The notes below the pieces were generated by a model. That model saw only the letters and a program-made list of their open reading frames with translations. It was not told the origin of the DNA and did no database searches. Source: Minisyncoccota bacterium (lineage in GTDB: Bacteria; Patescibacteriota; Minisyncoccia; Phycocordibacterales; XYD1-FULL-46-19). From it: a stretch of 54,725 nt of DNA. Where the stretch lies: the NCBI GenBank assembly GCA_018063065.1, contig JAGORB010000001.1:1-54725 (forward strand), read 5' to 3'. Both the position numbers and the translations under genes were made by a program. This document shows, one piece after another, positions 19,064-26,391 of the stretch; the stretch's first letter is position 1, and each line of letters opens with the position of its first letter.

Positions 19064-21418
19064 ATGAACTCTCTTAATTTAATCTCTTTACCCATTCGCC
19101 TCCACTTCGCTCTTGAGCGCGTGTGGTCCCTTGCGCGTCGCGAGTGGTGGCTGCGCTTAACGGATCGCTTGTTGGTGATCACGGCCGCCTTGGCTCTTAT
19201 TTTGGAATGGTTGCCGGTTACCAATCTTAATCCCTCGCCTTACTTGTGGGGTTTGGCCTGCTTGTTCTTGGCCGATCACCTTATCATTTATGCCAGCGTG
19301 GTCTTCTCGCGTTATCACCTAAGTCGGTTGTGGAGTGATAATTATCCCACTATCGCCACCCTTCTCGGCTCGCAAGAAATTTTACTCGATCTCTTTAATC
19401 GCTTGAATATCGCGCCAGAATCTCAAATCAAATTATTATCCATCACTTTTGATTTGTCAGAGAATAATCTTAAATTACCGCTCGCTGATTTATTACTCCA
19501 CACTTATGACGCCAACCCGGAGGCTAAAGGCTTATTAGAGCGGGCCGGTCTGACCGCCGGGCAAATTAAATCCGCTCTAGAGTGGATTATTGCCGGCCGA
19601 GAGCGAGATTATTTTAGACGCGCCTGGTGGCGCTGGGAGAACTTGGCCACCATCCCGGGCTTGGCCAAGGATTGGCATTACGGCGAGACTTACAACTTGG
19701 AGCAATACGGACACTTCATTACTGTCCCCGAGAGAATGTCTGCCTTCCGCTCGCCGGCCGAAGAAGCAACGGAGCAAGTCTTGAATAAGGAGAAGGAGGC
19801 CAATGTAGTCTTGGTGGGCGAGTTGAGCGCCAACTTGCAAGTGTTGGAAGAACTGGGGAGTCGCATTAATCACGGCGTCACTTGGCCACGCTTGGAGGGT
19901 AAACAACTTTTATTATTAGAGACGGGCCGGTTGTTGGCCAACTTTGAGCATCAGGCCGGCTTGCCCGAGACCTTGCTTGGCTTGGTAACGGAGGCGGCCT
20001 TGGCCGGCAATGTGATCTTGGTAATTGATGACTTGCCTCGCCTCTCGGCTTACTTAACCCGCTTGGGGACGCCTCTCTCCGGCCTCTTGGATACTTACTT
20101 GGCCTCGGCGGCTCTCACGGTGATTGGCTTGTCGGACCCATCCTCCTTCCACGGTGTGCTGGAGCCGGATGCTGTCTTGATGAATCGCTTTGAGACTGTA
20201 AAGGTAGAAGGAGCCGTGGGCGAGCAGGTGCTTAAGTTGGTAGGGCTAAGAGTGTTGGAGTTAGAACGCCAGACGGGACTCTACTTTACTTATCAAGCCG
20301 TGCAAGCCTTGGCTCAGAGCGTGGAGAATTATTTCTCCGCCGGTACTCCGGCGGCAGAAGCGGAAGACTTAATGAGTGAATTGATCCCGGCCTTGCTCAA
20401 GAAGGGTGAGCGCATGGTGATGAAGGAAGATATCTTGAGCTTTGTTAAAAATAAAACCAAGATCCCAATGGGCGAGGTGACCGGCTTGGAGCGAGAAAAG
20501 TTATTGTCGTTAGAAAAACATTTAAGCGAGCGAGTGGTGGGCCAAGAGCGAGCGCTCGGGGCTCTCTCCAGCGCGATTAGACGCTCGCGAGCCGGGACCA
20601 GGAGTGCCTCTCGACCGATTGGCACCTTCCTCTTCCTTGGACCAACCGGCGTGGGTAAAACGGAGACCGCTAAAGCCTTGGCCCAAACTCTGTTTGGTCG
20701 GGAAGAAGATTTATTACGCTTAGATATGTCAGAGTATGCCAGTGGTGATTCCTTAGCTCGCTTAATTGGCGATGCTGGCAGTGGCACGCCGGGGATCTTG
20801 GCCAAGCTCGCCCGCGAGCATCCGTATGGAGTCCTTCTACTGGATGAATTTGAGAAGACGGAGCGCGAGGTCTTGAACTTATTCTTACAAATTTTTGATG
20901 AGGGCTTCTTCTCCGACATGGCTGGCCGACGGGTTAATATGCGCTCGCTCTTAATGATTGCCACCTCCAATGCGGGTGCGGAATTAATTTGGAAGTTGGT
21001 GGATGAGAAGGAGAATTTAGCCGACTCTTCCGCTCAGATTACTGATCACCTCATTGAGCAAGGCTTATTTAAACCGGAGTTGCTTAACCGCTTTGACTCG
21101 GTGGTCATCTTCGAGCCGCTGTCGGAGGCGGCTCTGCAAGATATTGCCAAGCGGGAATTAATGAAATTAAAAAAGAGATTAGAAGATCAAGGCGTAACTT
21201 TAGTCATTACTGATTTGTTGGTTGAGACTTTGGCCAAGCGGGGGACTAACCGCCAATTTGGCGCTCGACCACTCAAGCGCTTGTTGCAAGAGACAGTGGA
21301 GGAGGAGGTGGCCAAGGCTTTAATCGCTGGCACCCTTGTTTCTGGCCATAAAGTGAGCTTTATTCCGTCTAAGAATCCGGACGGCAATTTACTTGACCTC
21401 GACCTTCACGTAGAATAG
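19064..21418 (+). CDS. membrane-anchored Clp/Hsp100-type AAA+ ATPase with degenerate NBD1
   Basis: 784 aa with N-terminal hydrophobic helices. The NBD1 Walker A position reads NVVLVGELSANLQ (no GKT). NBD2 is intact: LFLGPTGVGKTE, LLLDEFEK, and a ClpB_D2-small-like C-terminus (ELLNRFDSVVIFEPL). Confidence 0.85.
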   Translation: MNSLNLISLPIRLHFALERVWSLARREWWLRLTDRLLVITAALALILEWLPVTNLNPSPYLWGLACLFLADHLIIYASVVFSRYHLSRLWSDNYPTIATLLGSQEILLDLFNRLNIAPESQIKLLSITFDLSENNLKLPLADLLLHTYDANPEAKGLLERAGLTAGQIKSALEWIIAGRERDYFRRAWWRWENLATIPGLAKDWHYGETYNLEQYGHFITVPERMSAFRSPAEEATEQVLNKEKEANVVLVGELSANLQVLEELGSRINHGVTWPRLEGKQLLLLETGRLLANFEHQAGLPETLLGLVTEAALAGNVILVIDDLPRLSAYLTRLGTPLSGLLDTYLASAALTVIGLSDPSSFHGVLEPDAVLMNRFETVKVEGAVGEQVLKLVGLRVLELERQTGLYFTYQAVQALAQSVENYFSAGTPAAEAEDLMSELIPALLKKGERMVMKEDILSFVKNKTKIPMGEVTGLEREKLLSLEKHLSERVVGQERALGALSSAIRRSRAGTRSASRPIGTFLFLGPTGVGKTETAKALAQTLFGREEDLLRLDMSEYASGDSLARLIGDAGSGTPGILAKLAREHPYGVLLLDEFEKTEREVLNLFLQIFDEGFFSDMAGRRVNMRSLLMIATSNAGAELIWKLVDEKENLADSSAQITDHLIEQGLFKPELLNRFDSVVIFEPLSEAALQDIAKRELMKLKKRLEDQGVTLVITDLLVETLAKRGTNRQFGARPLKRLLQETVEEEVAKALIAGTLVSGHKVSFIPSKNPDGNLLDLDLHVE

Positions 21419-21428
21419 TAGATAAATA

Positions 21429-22817
21429 ATGAAAGATTTTTGGCACTATGCTTTTTGGGTGGGCTTAACGGCCGTTTTTGCGATCTCGCTTTTTAATCTT
21501 GTGCCGGTAGCGGCGCGCGTAGGTATGGACTTTATGACCGGCAACTGGGCGTCGCAATTGCATTATCAAGTGGCGACCGCAGCCGCCACTGTGAGCTCGC
21601 CCGTTTTAAGGAGTACTGTTAATGACCCAGTCTTTACGCCGCCAACGCGCGGTAAGGCTATCCGCGCGGACTTGGCGGCGATGAAGCTCTCCTTGTATGA
21701 AGATGGTAATAATATTGCCACCTACGATATTGTCGCTAAGGGCAAGCCCGGCAGCCCGTGGGAGACGCCAACCGGCGAGTATCACGTGTTACTGAAGAAA
21801 GAGAGTCACTTCTCTTCTTTAGGAGAAGTGTGGATGCCGTGGAGCTTACAATTCTTCGGCAACTTCTTTATCCATGGTCGGCCATATGATGAAACCGGTA
21901 AAGAATTACCCGATGGTTACTCAGGCGGTTGCATCCGCTTGGCTACCGCCGATGCCGAGATGGTTTATAACTTCGCCACTAGCGACACTTTAGTATCGGT
22001 ATATGGTGGCAAGAATGAAGGCGTGGGTACTAATAGTTATGAATTGTTGTCTCAAACTTTACCCAAGGTTAGTGCCGCCGCTTACGCGGTGGTTGATTTA
22101 GAAACAGGTGAAGTTATTTTAGAACATAATCTAGACCAAGTTTATCCTATCGCCTCTTTGTCTAAACTTTTAACTGCCATTGTATCTTTAGAAATTATTG
22201 ATCAATCTGATTTAGTAAATATTAGCAAGGTAGCTATTGATACTTACGGCACGCAAGGTAATTTAAGATTGGGCGAGAATTTGCCAGCCCAAGAATTGCT
22301 TTATCCATTATTATTAGAGTCCAGCAATGACGCGGCGGAGGCGATTGCCAGGCACTTTGGCCGGGCGGAATTTATTCGAGCCCTTAACAATAAAGCCTCG
22401 GCCATTGGCCTTACCGACACCCACTTTGATGATCCGAGTGGTCTCTCGCCCAAGAATGTCTCGAGCGCTCGCGACTTGGCCAAGCTCTCGCGTTATATTT
22501 ATCAATCCAAGCGTTATATCTTTGATTTAACACGACGGGGCGCTTACGATTATGCCAATCATCATTGGGTGAATAGTAATAAATTAGTGAAGCAAGAAAA
22601 TTACTTGGGCGGGAAGAATGGCTTTATTGATGAAGCCCGCCAGACCCAAATTGCCCTCTTTGAATTGCCTCTCGGCGAATTTAGTAAGCGGCCTGTCGCC
22701 CTGGTAGTCTTGCGCAGTGCCAATCGCGAAGCGGATATTAAAACTCTGGTGGAATTTATCGACACCCACACCGTCTTTAGCGAAACTCCCAAAAACCCCA
22801 CCTTCCAGTATTTATAG
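21429..22817 (+). CDS. fusion protein: L,D-transpeptidase (YkuD) domain + serine D-Ala-D-Ala carboxypeptidase (S11) domain
   Basis: 462 aa. N-terminal TM, YkuD motif HGRP..YSGGCIRL, then S11 motifs ASLSKLLT (SxxK), ESSND (SxN) and GGKNGF (KxG). Confidence 0.85.
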   Translation: MKDFWHYAFWVGLTAVFAISLFNLVPVAARVGMDFMTGNWASQLHYQVATAAATVSSPVLRSTVNDPVFTPPTRGKAIRADLAAMKLSLYEDGNNIATYDIVAKGKPGSPWETPTGEYHVLLKKESHFSSLGEVWMPWSLQFFGNFFIHGRPYDETGKELPDGYSGGCIRLATADAEMVYNFATSDTLVSVYGGKNEGVGTNSYELLSQTLPKVSAAAYAVVDLETGEVILEHNLDQVYPIASLSKLLTAIVSLEIIDQSDLVNISKVAIDTYGTQGNLRLGENLPAQELLYPLLLESSNDAAEAIARHFGRAEFIRALNNKASAIGLTDTHFDDPSGLSPKNVSSARDLAKLSRYIYQSKRYIFDLTRRGAYDYANHHWVNSNKLVKQENYLGGKNGFIDEARQTQIALFELPLGEFSKRPVALVVLRSANREADIKTLVEFIDTHTVFSETPKNPTFQYL

Positions 22818-22820
22818 AAA

Positions 22821-22852
22821 TAAAAATGGCGGAGATCATATAGATCTCCGCC
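22821..22852 (-). terminator. hairpin cassette copy (variant GGCGGAGATC..GATCTCCGCC)
   Basis: On the minus strand: GG + a 10-bp stem + ATTTTTATTT. It abuts the stop codon of the convergent gene at 22817. Confidence 0.65.
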
Positions 22853-22919
22853 CCACGGACCAGCGAACGATACCTGGGAACGGCGGACTGTACTTGGCAG
22901 TGCAGGAAATTAATACAAC
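22821..22919 (-). ncRNA. predicted small RNA unit U12 (~100 nt)
   Basis: The promoter is TTGACT (inside hairpin 22943-22970)-N17-TATATT, and the terminator is at 22821-22852. There is no ORF or RBS. The call rests on architecture only. Confidence 0.4.
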
Positions 22920-22935
22920 TATCTTAATATAACAA

Positions 22936-22970
22936 ATAAAATAGCGGGAGTCAAGTTAATGACTCCCGCT
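22936..22970 (-). terminator. hairpin cassette copy (identical 28-mer AGCGGGAGTCATTAACTTGACTCCCGCT), terminates the helicase gene
   Basis: On the minus strand: GG + an 11-bp stem + ATTTTATTT, 56 nt downstream of the helicase stop. Confidence 0.75.
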
Positions 22971-23026
22971 CCATGGCAGACCCCACTTAAGTTTACTGCG
23001 CTGCAGTTAACCGCTCTGGGGAACGA

Positions 23027-24817
23027 CTACTTCAACAACTTCAGTGTCTCCTCCAGACACTGTTCGAAAGAACTTTCACCTTGGTACGCTGGCTTCAGCC
23101 ATTCGGGCAGTGAAGGCCGTAGGAAACGGCGGAATTGTTGGGACATGAAGATGCATACCCCCACGTCCTTAGTGCTCCGGATGTTGCGACCTCGCACTTG
23201 CAAAGCCTCAATCATCACGCGCCAATTCCACAATCGCCAACGCATACTGCCGAAACGACGCTCTTCAAATACGGAACATGGATCATTGGGCGGCGGATAA
23301 CTGGGTCGAAGAACGAAGATGACTGGCGCGATTTGTTTGGGTAAATCGAGACCTTCACCATAATTGGCTAGAGTCCCGACTAACACATCGCCTTCACCAC
23401 CTTTGAAGCGTTGAGCGGCTTCTTTGGCTTTCACGCCTTTACCGTAGCTCAACGCCTCTACCCCTTCTTCCGTTGCCATCATGAGGAACTTGTCGCGCTC
23501 CTCATTGGACACCACCACCACGAGGGAGCGTATCCCTTCATCGGCAAAGCGTTTGCTGGCCCTCGCCATCTTGCGGATGGTTTGAGTTACATCACGCTTG
23601 TTGCGGTTGTTCACCGCCAGGTTGGGTGTATCGGTGGGTAAGAAAACGCGGGTTTTGAGATGAGAGAAGTCGGAATCCAAGCTGTAGCAAGGATTACTAA
23701 TTCCCGTCTCATGGGAAAAGATCTCTGGGTCGCCAATAGTGGCCGACATCGCCAAGGTCTTTTTGCCCAGTATCCGTTTGATCAATGGTGCCACATAGTA
23801 GCACTTGATAAACAAACGATACTTGACCCGGTCATTCTCGCCACGCTCCTTTACCCAATAGGCGTAGGTGTAATTAAGCGGACCGCGCTTTCCTGCTGGG
23901 AGAGAGAAGTCGAGCGAGCGAAAGTATCGGCCCAAATCTCGGACCAACACCTGCAGCCTCTTCAAGGTTTCCATCTCCACCTTTGGATCAATCAACCCCG
24001 CTTTAACTGCCTCACCAATACTCTTGGTGATCGCGGATTTGTCGATATCTTCCAATAAATCGCGGAGAGACTCGATTTCCCATTCTTCCAAGAGGGCTGG
24101 GGCGCTCGGCTTCTTGCGTTTGATGATCTTCACCATCTCGTCAAGGAAGCCTTTAAGTTGAGGAGCTTGAGGCGAACCTACTTGCTCCAACAATTCCGCC
24201 GCTCGCTCCAAGTGCCAGTCTGTGATCTCATACGAGAGACACTGTCTGACGACTCCAGCGAGCTGATGCGCTTCATCAATAACCAAGCCCGCCGGACGAT
24301 CGCCCCACTGCTTCCCAAAGAGTTGGGTGAAGAGATAGAAGGCCATTGTAGTCACAACCTTCTCGCCTGGTTGGCGGGCTTGATACTTCTGCAACAAATA
24401 CGGACACGGCGTAGCACCATACTCCTCGGTCTCGCCAGTCTCTTGGTCTACCCGATGGGGGCAGTCAGTCAACATGGCACAGGGAATGTCGTCGGCCTTC
24501 AAATTAGCATCCTCATAATACAAGCAAGGATGTTCATTGCGACCCAAAACTACTTTGAATTCTGGGTGCAGTTGACTGACTTGCTCCACTAGGACCTTCG
24601 ATCGAACGACATAAACATTAGGTCCTTGACCCGTGTCTGATAATTGCTCGAGGAAGGTGGCCCCAATGGCCGTCTTCCCAGAGCCGGTAGGGAGCTCTAA
24701 GGTTACGTTACCTCTCGTCTTCTCGATGATCTCGAGCGCTTCCTGCTGAGCCGGTTTAATAGACCGGTACTTCTGCGGGAAGTAGGGGATTAGCCCCTGA
24801 TGTTGCGTGTGTGGCAT
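23027..24817 (-). CDS. XPD/Rad3/DinG-family DNA helicase with Fe-S cluster cysteines
   Basis: 596 aa. Walker A LPTGSGKT and a DEAH box (VIDEAHQL). Four Cys lie between motifs I and II (HPC, IPC, TDC, TPC). The C-terminal motif VI-like segment is VRGRNIRSTKDVGVCIFMSQ. SD AAAGGAGG precedes the ATG. Confidence 0.85.
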   Translation of the reverse strand: MPHTQHQGLIPYFPQKYRSIKPAQQEALEIIEKTRGNVTLELPTGSGKTAIGATFLEQLSDTGQGPNVYVVRSKVLVEQVSQLHPEFKVVLGRNEHPCLYYEDANLKADDIPCAMLTDCPHRVDQETGETEEYGATPCPYLLQKYQARQPGEKVVTTMAFYLFTQLFGKQWGDRPAGLVIDEAHQLAGVVRQCLSYEITDWHLERAAELLEQVGSPQAPQLKGFLDEMVKIIKRKKPSAPALLEEWEIESLRDLLEDIDKSAITKSIGEAVKAGLIDPKVEMETLKRLQVLVRDLGRYFRSLDFSLPAGKRGPLNYTYAYWVKERGENDRVKYRLFIKCYYVAPLIKRILGKKTLAMSATIGDPEIFSHETGISNPCYSLDSDFSHLKTRVFLPTDTPNLAVNNRNKRDVTQTIRKMARASKRFADEGIRSLVVVVSNEERDKFLMMATEEGVEALSYGKGVKAKEAAQRFKGGEGDVLVGTLANYGEGLDLPKQIAPVIFVLRPSYPPPNDPCSVFEERRFGSMRWRLWNWRVMIEALQVRGRNIRSTKDVGVCIFMSQQFRRFLRPSLPEWLKPAYQGESSFEQCLEETLKLLK

Positions 24818-24873
24818 TTAAGCCTCCTTTTGTTTGCGTACCCTGGTTGTCAAAGCCAATTAAATTACTAGCA

Positions 24874-24905
24874 TAAAAAATAGCACTCGTCAACTGACGA
24901 GTGCT
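24874..24905 (-). terminator. hairpin cassette copy (variant AGCACTCGTC..GACGAGTGCT)
   Basis: On the minus strand: GG + a 10-bp stem + ATTTTTTAT. Its 3' arm carries TTGACG, 17 nt from TAGTAA, which is a putative helicase promoter. Confidence 0.65.
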
Positions 24906-24972
24906 CCTCGGAACGGGTGGGTCCACTACAGAACGCCTTACAGCGCTAGAGTATAGGGCACCTCTCTAAGTG
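24874..24972 (-). ncRNA. predicted small RNA unit U9 (~100 nt)
   Basis: The promoter is TTGACT(25002-25007)-N17-TATAAT(24979-24984), and the terminator is at 24874-24905. There is no ORF. It shares a ~25-nt similar block (including CGTTCTGTAG) with unit U2. Confidence 0.45.
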
Positions 24973-24988
24973 TTTAAGATTATAATTA

Positions 24989-25020
24989 TAAAAATGCCGG
25001 AAGTCAAGATGACTTCCGGC
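24989..25020 (-). terminator. hairpin cassette copy (25-mer GCCGGAAGTCATCTTGACTTCCGGC), terminates the small basic protein gene
   Basis: On the minus strand: GG + an 11-bp stem + ATTTTTAT. It is identical to the copy at 25531. Confidence 0.75.
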
Positions 25021-25086
25021 CCGAGGGTTGCCTTACTTCAGCCAACGAGACGTATGCTCGGGAAGCGAAGCAGAAAAATGTTCAAC

Positions 25087-25260
25087 TTACGAATATTTAT
25101 TTACATGACTGCCACGATTCTTTCGCCGTTGCTTTTTATTCTTCCCTTTACCTTTGCGATTGACTCGCTTGCCACCAGTTTTTCCCTGAAAGTGGTTTTG
25201 GTTAACGGGGTGGCCACTTTGACCATGCTTCTTCATTCCCATCCCGCCTCTGTTGGTCAT
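25087..25260 (-). CDS. very basic Gly/Lys/Arg/Asn-rich small protein (57 aa)
   Basis: The product is MTNRGGMGMKKHGQSGHPVNQNHFQGKTGGKRVNRKGKGKNKKQRRKNRGSHVNKYS. SD AAAGGA lies 7 nt upstream. The gene has its own promoter (TGcTATACT) and its own cassette terminator. The track ORF start (25371) is rejected in favour of the SD-linked ATG. Confidence 0.55.
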   Translation of the reverse strand: MTNRGGMGMKKHGQSGHPVNQNHFQGKTGGKRVNRKGKGKNKKQRRKNRGSHVNKYS

Positions 25261-25281
25261 TGCGATTCCTTTCTTAAATTT

Positions 25282-25305
25282 GGTGGGGACCAAATGGTCC
25301 CCACC
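25282..25305 (-). promoter_or_regulatory. perfect 10-bp hairpin in the 5' UTR of the small basic protein gene
   Basis: GGTGGGGACC-attt-GGTCCCCACC, about 20 nt upstream of the SD, with no T-run. Confidence 0.4.
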
Positions 25306-25392
25306 CCTTGCCCCACAATTCAAATCTTCACGGCAGTTCAGGAAGCCCCACTGCGGCCTGCTTCTCTGCACTATCTAATTTTTAGTATAGCA

Positions 25393-25427
25393 TAAAAATA
25401 GCGGGAGTCAAGTTAATGACTCCCGCT
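25393..25427 (-). terminator. hairpin cassette copy (identical 28-mer)
   Basis: On the minus strand: GG + AGCGGGAGTCATTAACTTGACTCCCGCT + ATTTTTAT. TTGACT-N16-TATACT is embedded in it. Confidence 0.75.
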
Positions 25428-25503
25428 CCGCGGTGAACCCGTCCCTAGAATACTTGGCCGAACTGAAGTTTGCTGGGGTCAGCATGGCAAGAGCCGGCCG
25501 ATC
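25393..25503 (-). ncRNA. predicted small RNA unit U7 (~110 nt)
   Basis: A TATAAA/TATATA -10 lies at 25510-25520 and the terminator is at 25393-25427. Only a 25-codon ORF is present and it has no SD. Confidence 0.4.
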
Positions 25504-25522
25504 CGATATTTATATAATTTCA

Positions 25523-25555
25523 TAAAAAATGCCGGAAGTCAAGATGACTTCCGGC
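25523..25555 (-). terminator. hairpin cassette copy (25-mer GCCGGAAGTCATCTTGACTTCCGGC)
   Basis: On the minus strand: GG + stem + ATTTTTTAT. Confidence 0.75.
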
Positions 25556-25614
25556 CCTAGGACGGGAATAGACCACCTGGGTGGACAGGACACTACTCAA
25601 CCTTGTTGATCCTC
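25523..25614 (-). ncRNA. predicted small RNA unit U6 (~90 nt)
   Basis: The -10 is TGTAAAT (25621-25627) and the terminator is at 25523-25555. There is no ORF. Confidence 0.4.
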
Positions 25615-25627
25615 CATGAGATTTACA

Positions 25628-25658
25628 TAAAAAATGGCCGATGTCAATGACATCGGCC
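25628..25658 (-). terminator. hairpin cassette copy (variant GGCCGATGTCATTGACATCGGCC)
   Basis: On the minus strand: GG + stem + ATTTTTTAT. The 3' arm reads TTGACA. Confidence 0.7.
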
Positions 25659-25714
25659 CCGTGCTTGACTATAGGCTACCTGTCTACACTGCGCCCCACG
25701 ATGGGTAAGACGGC
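25628..25714 (-). ncRNA. predicted small RNA unit U5 (~85 nt)
   Basis: The promoter is TTGACT(25744-25749)-N17-TATATT(25721-25726) and the terminator is at 25628-25658. Confidence 0.45.
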
Positions 25715-25730
25715 TGTTTTAATATAACAA

Positions 25731-25765
25731 TAAAAATAGCGGGAGTCAAGTTAATGACTCCCGCT
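25731..25765 (-). terminator. hairpin cassette copy (identical 28-mer)
   Basis: On the minus strand: GG + AGCGGGAGTCATTAACTTGACTCCCGCT + ATTTTTAT. Confidence 0.75.
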
Positions 25766-25952
25766 CCTTGCTACGCCCTACCAGAGGGGGCTGGACAACG
25801 CTGGGGTGAACCGCAGAGAGCTCTGCCTAGTTATACCCAGAAGATACTTTTATTAATGGCAGCCCTATACTTCAGGGCTGCCCCGCGGTGTGCTCTGACT
25901 GGCGGAGCCACACCCAACCGAAGACTGGAGTAGCCTTCGATGTAGGAATCTA
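25731..25952 (-). ncRNA. predicted small RNA unit U4 (~220 nt; possibly two ~110-nt units split by the internal hairpin at 25858-25882)
   Basis: The promoter is TTGACA(25981-25986)-N16-TAATAT(25959-25964). An internal perfect 9-bp hairpin (GGCAGCCCT-gaagtat-AGGGCTGCC) is followed by ATTAATAAAAG. The terminal cassette is at 25731-25765. Confidence 0.4.
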
Positions 25953-25987
25953 TTTGTTATATTACATATTTTAATAATTTTGTCAAA

Positions 25988-26018
25988 TAAAATAGCGGAG
26001 GTCAAAGTGACCTCCGCT
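25988..26018 (-). terminator. hairpin cassette copy (variant AGCGGAGGTCACTTTGACCTCCGCT)
   Basis: On the minus strand: GG + an 11-bp stem + ATTTTATTTGACA. Confidence 0.75.
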
Positions 26019-26084
26019 CCGTGCTGGTCCAAGCTGTGCCGGGCGCCAGGATACTTCGGCCCGCGTGGCAGAGCTAAGATAATA
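25988..26084 (-). ncRNA. predicted small RNA unit U3 (~95 nt)
   Basis: The promoter is TTGACA(26114-26119)-N17-TATATT(26091-26096) and the terminator is at 25988-26018. Confidence 0.45.
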
Positions 26085-26120
26085 ATTAATAATATATCAA
26101 ATAAACGAATTATTGTCAAA

Positions 26121-26155
26121 TAAAAATAGCGGGAGTCAAGTTAATGACTCCCGCT
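26121..26155 (-). terminator. hairpin cassette copy (identical 28-mer)
   Basis: On the minus strand: GG + AGCGGGAGTCATTAACTTGACTCCCGCT + ATTTTTATTTGACA. Confidence 0.75.
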
Positions 26156-26320
26156 CCTGGGTGAAGAAAGCCTGACTGCACGGTAGGCCGGTGGACCTAT
26201 CTACAGAACGGCTGGATAGATTAATAAATGGTGGCCTAGTAATAGGCCACCCCGAGGACTAGTGTACTTACAGAGTAGAGTACGACTCATTACTGTGCCC
26301 CGCAAAGCGAGTCTACATCT
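26121..26320 (-). ncRNA. predicted small RNA unit U2 (~200 nt; possibly two ~100-nt units split by the internal hairpin at 26230-26251)
   Basis: The promoter is TTGACA(26350-26355)-N17-TATCTT(26327-26332). An internal perfect 9-bp hairpin (GGTGGCCTA-ttac-TAGGCCACC) is followed by ATTTATTAAT. The terminal cassette is at 26121-26155. Confidence 0.4.
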
Positions 26321-26356
26321 ACATTTAAGATACCAATAATTTTAAATTTTGTCAAA

Positions 26357-26391
26357 TAAAAATAGCGGGAGTCAAGTTAATGACTCCCGCT
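26357..26391 (-). terminator. hairpin cassette copy (identical 28-mer), terminates the 203-aa protein gene
   Basis: On the minus strand: 76-nt 3' UTR, then GG + AGCGGGAGTCATTAACTTGACTCCCGCT + ATTTTTATTTGACA. Confidence 0.75.

Noticed and set aside
22828-26391. Canonical CRISPR array formed by the repeated 25-28-nt palindromic hairpins
   Set aside because: The repeat-to-repeat distances are irregular (about 100 to 400 bp, one gap holding a whole helicase gene). Repeat sequences differ beyond a shared core. Each repeat is fused to a T-run and a promoter-like element. No cas1, cas2 or effector genes are visible in the window. The array is reported as a novel arrangement instead.
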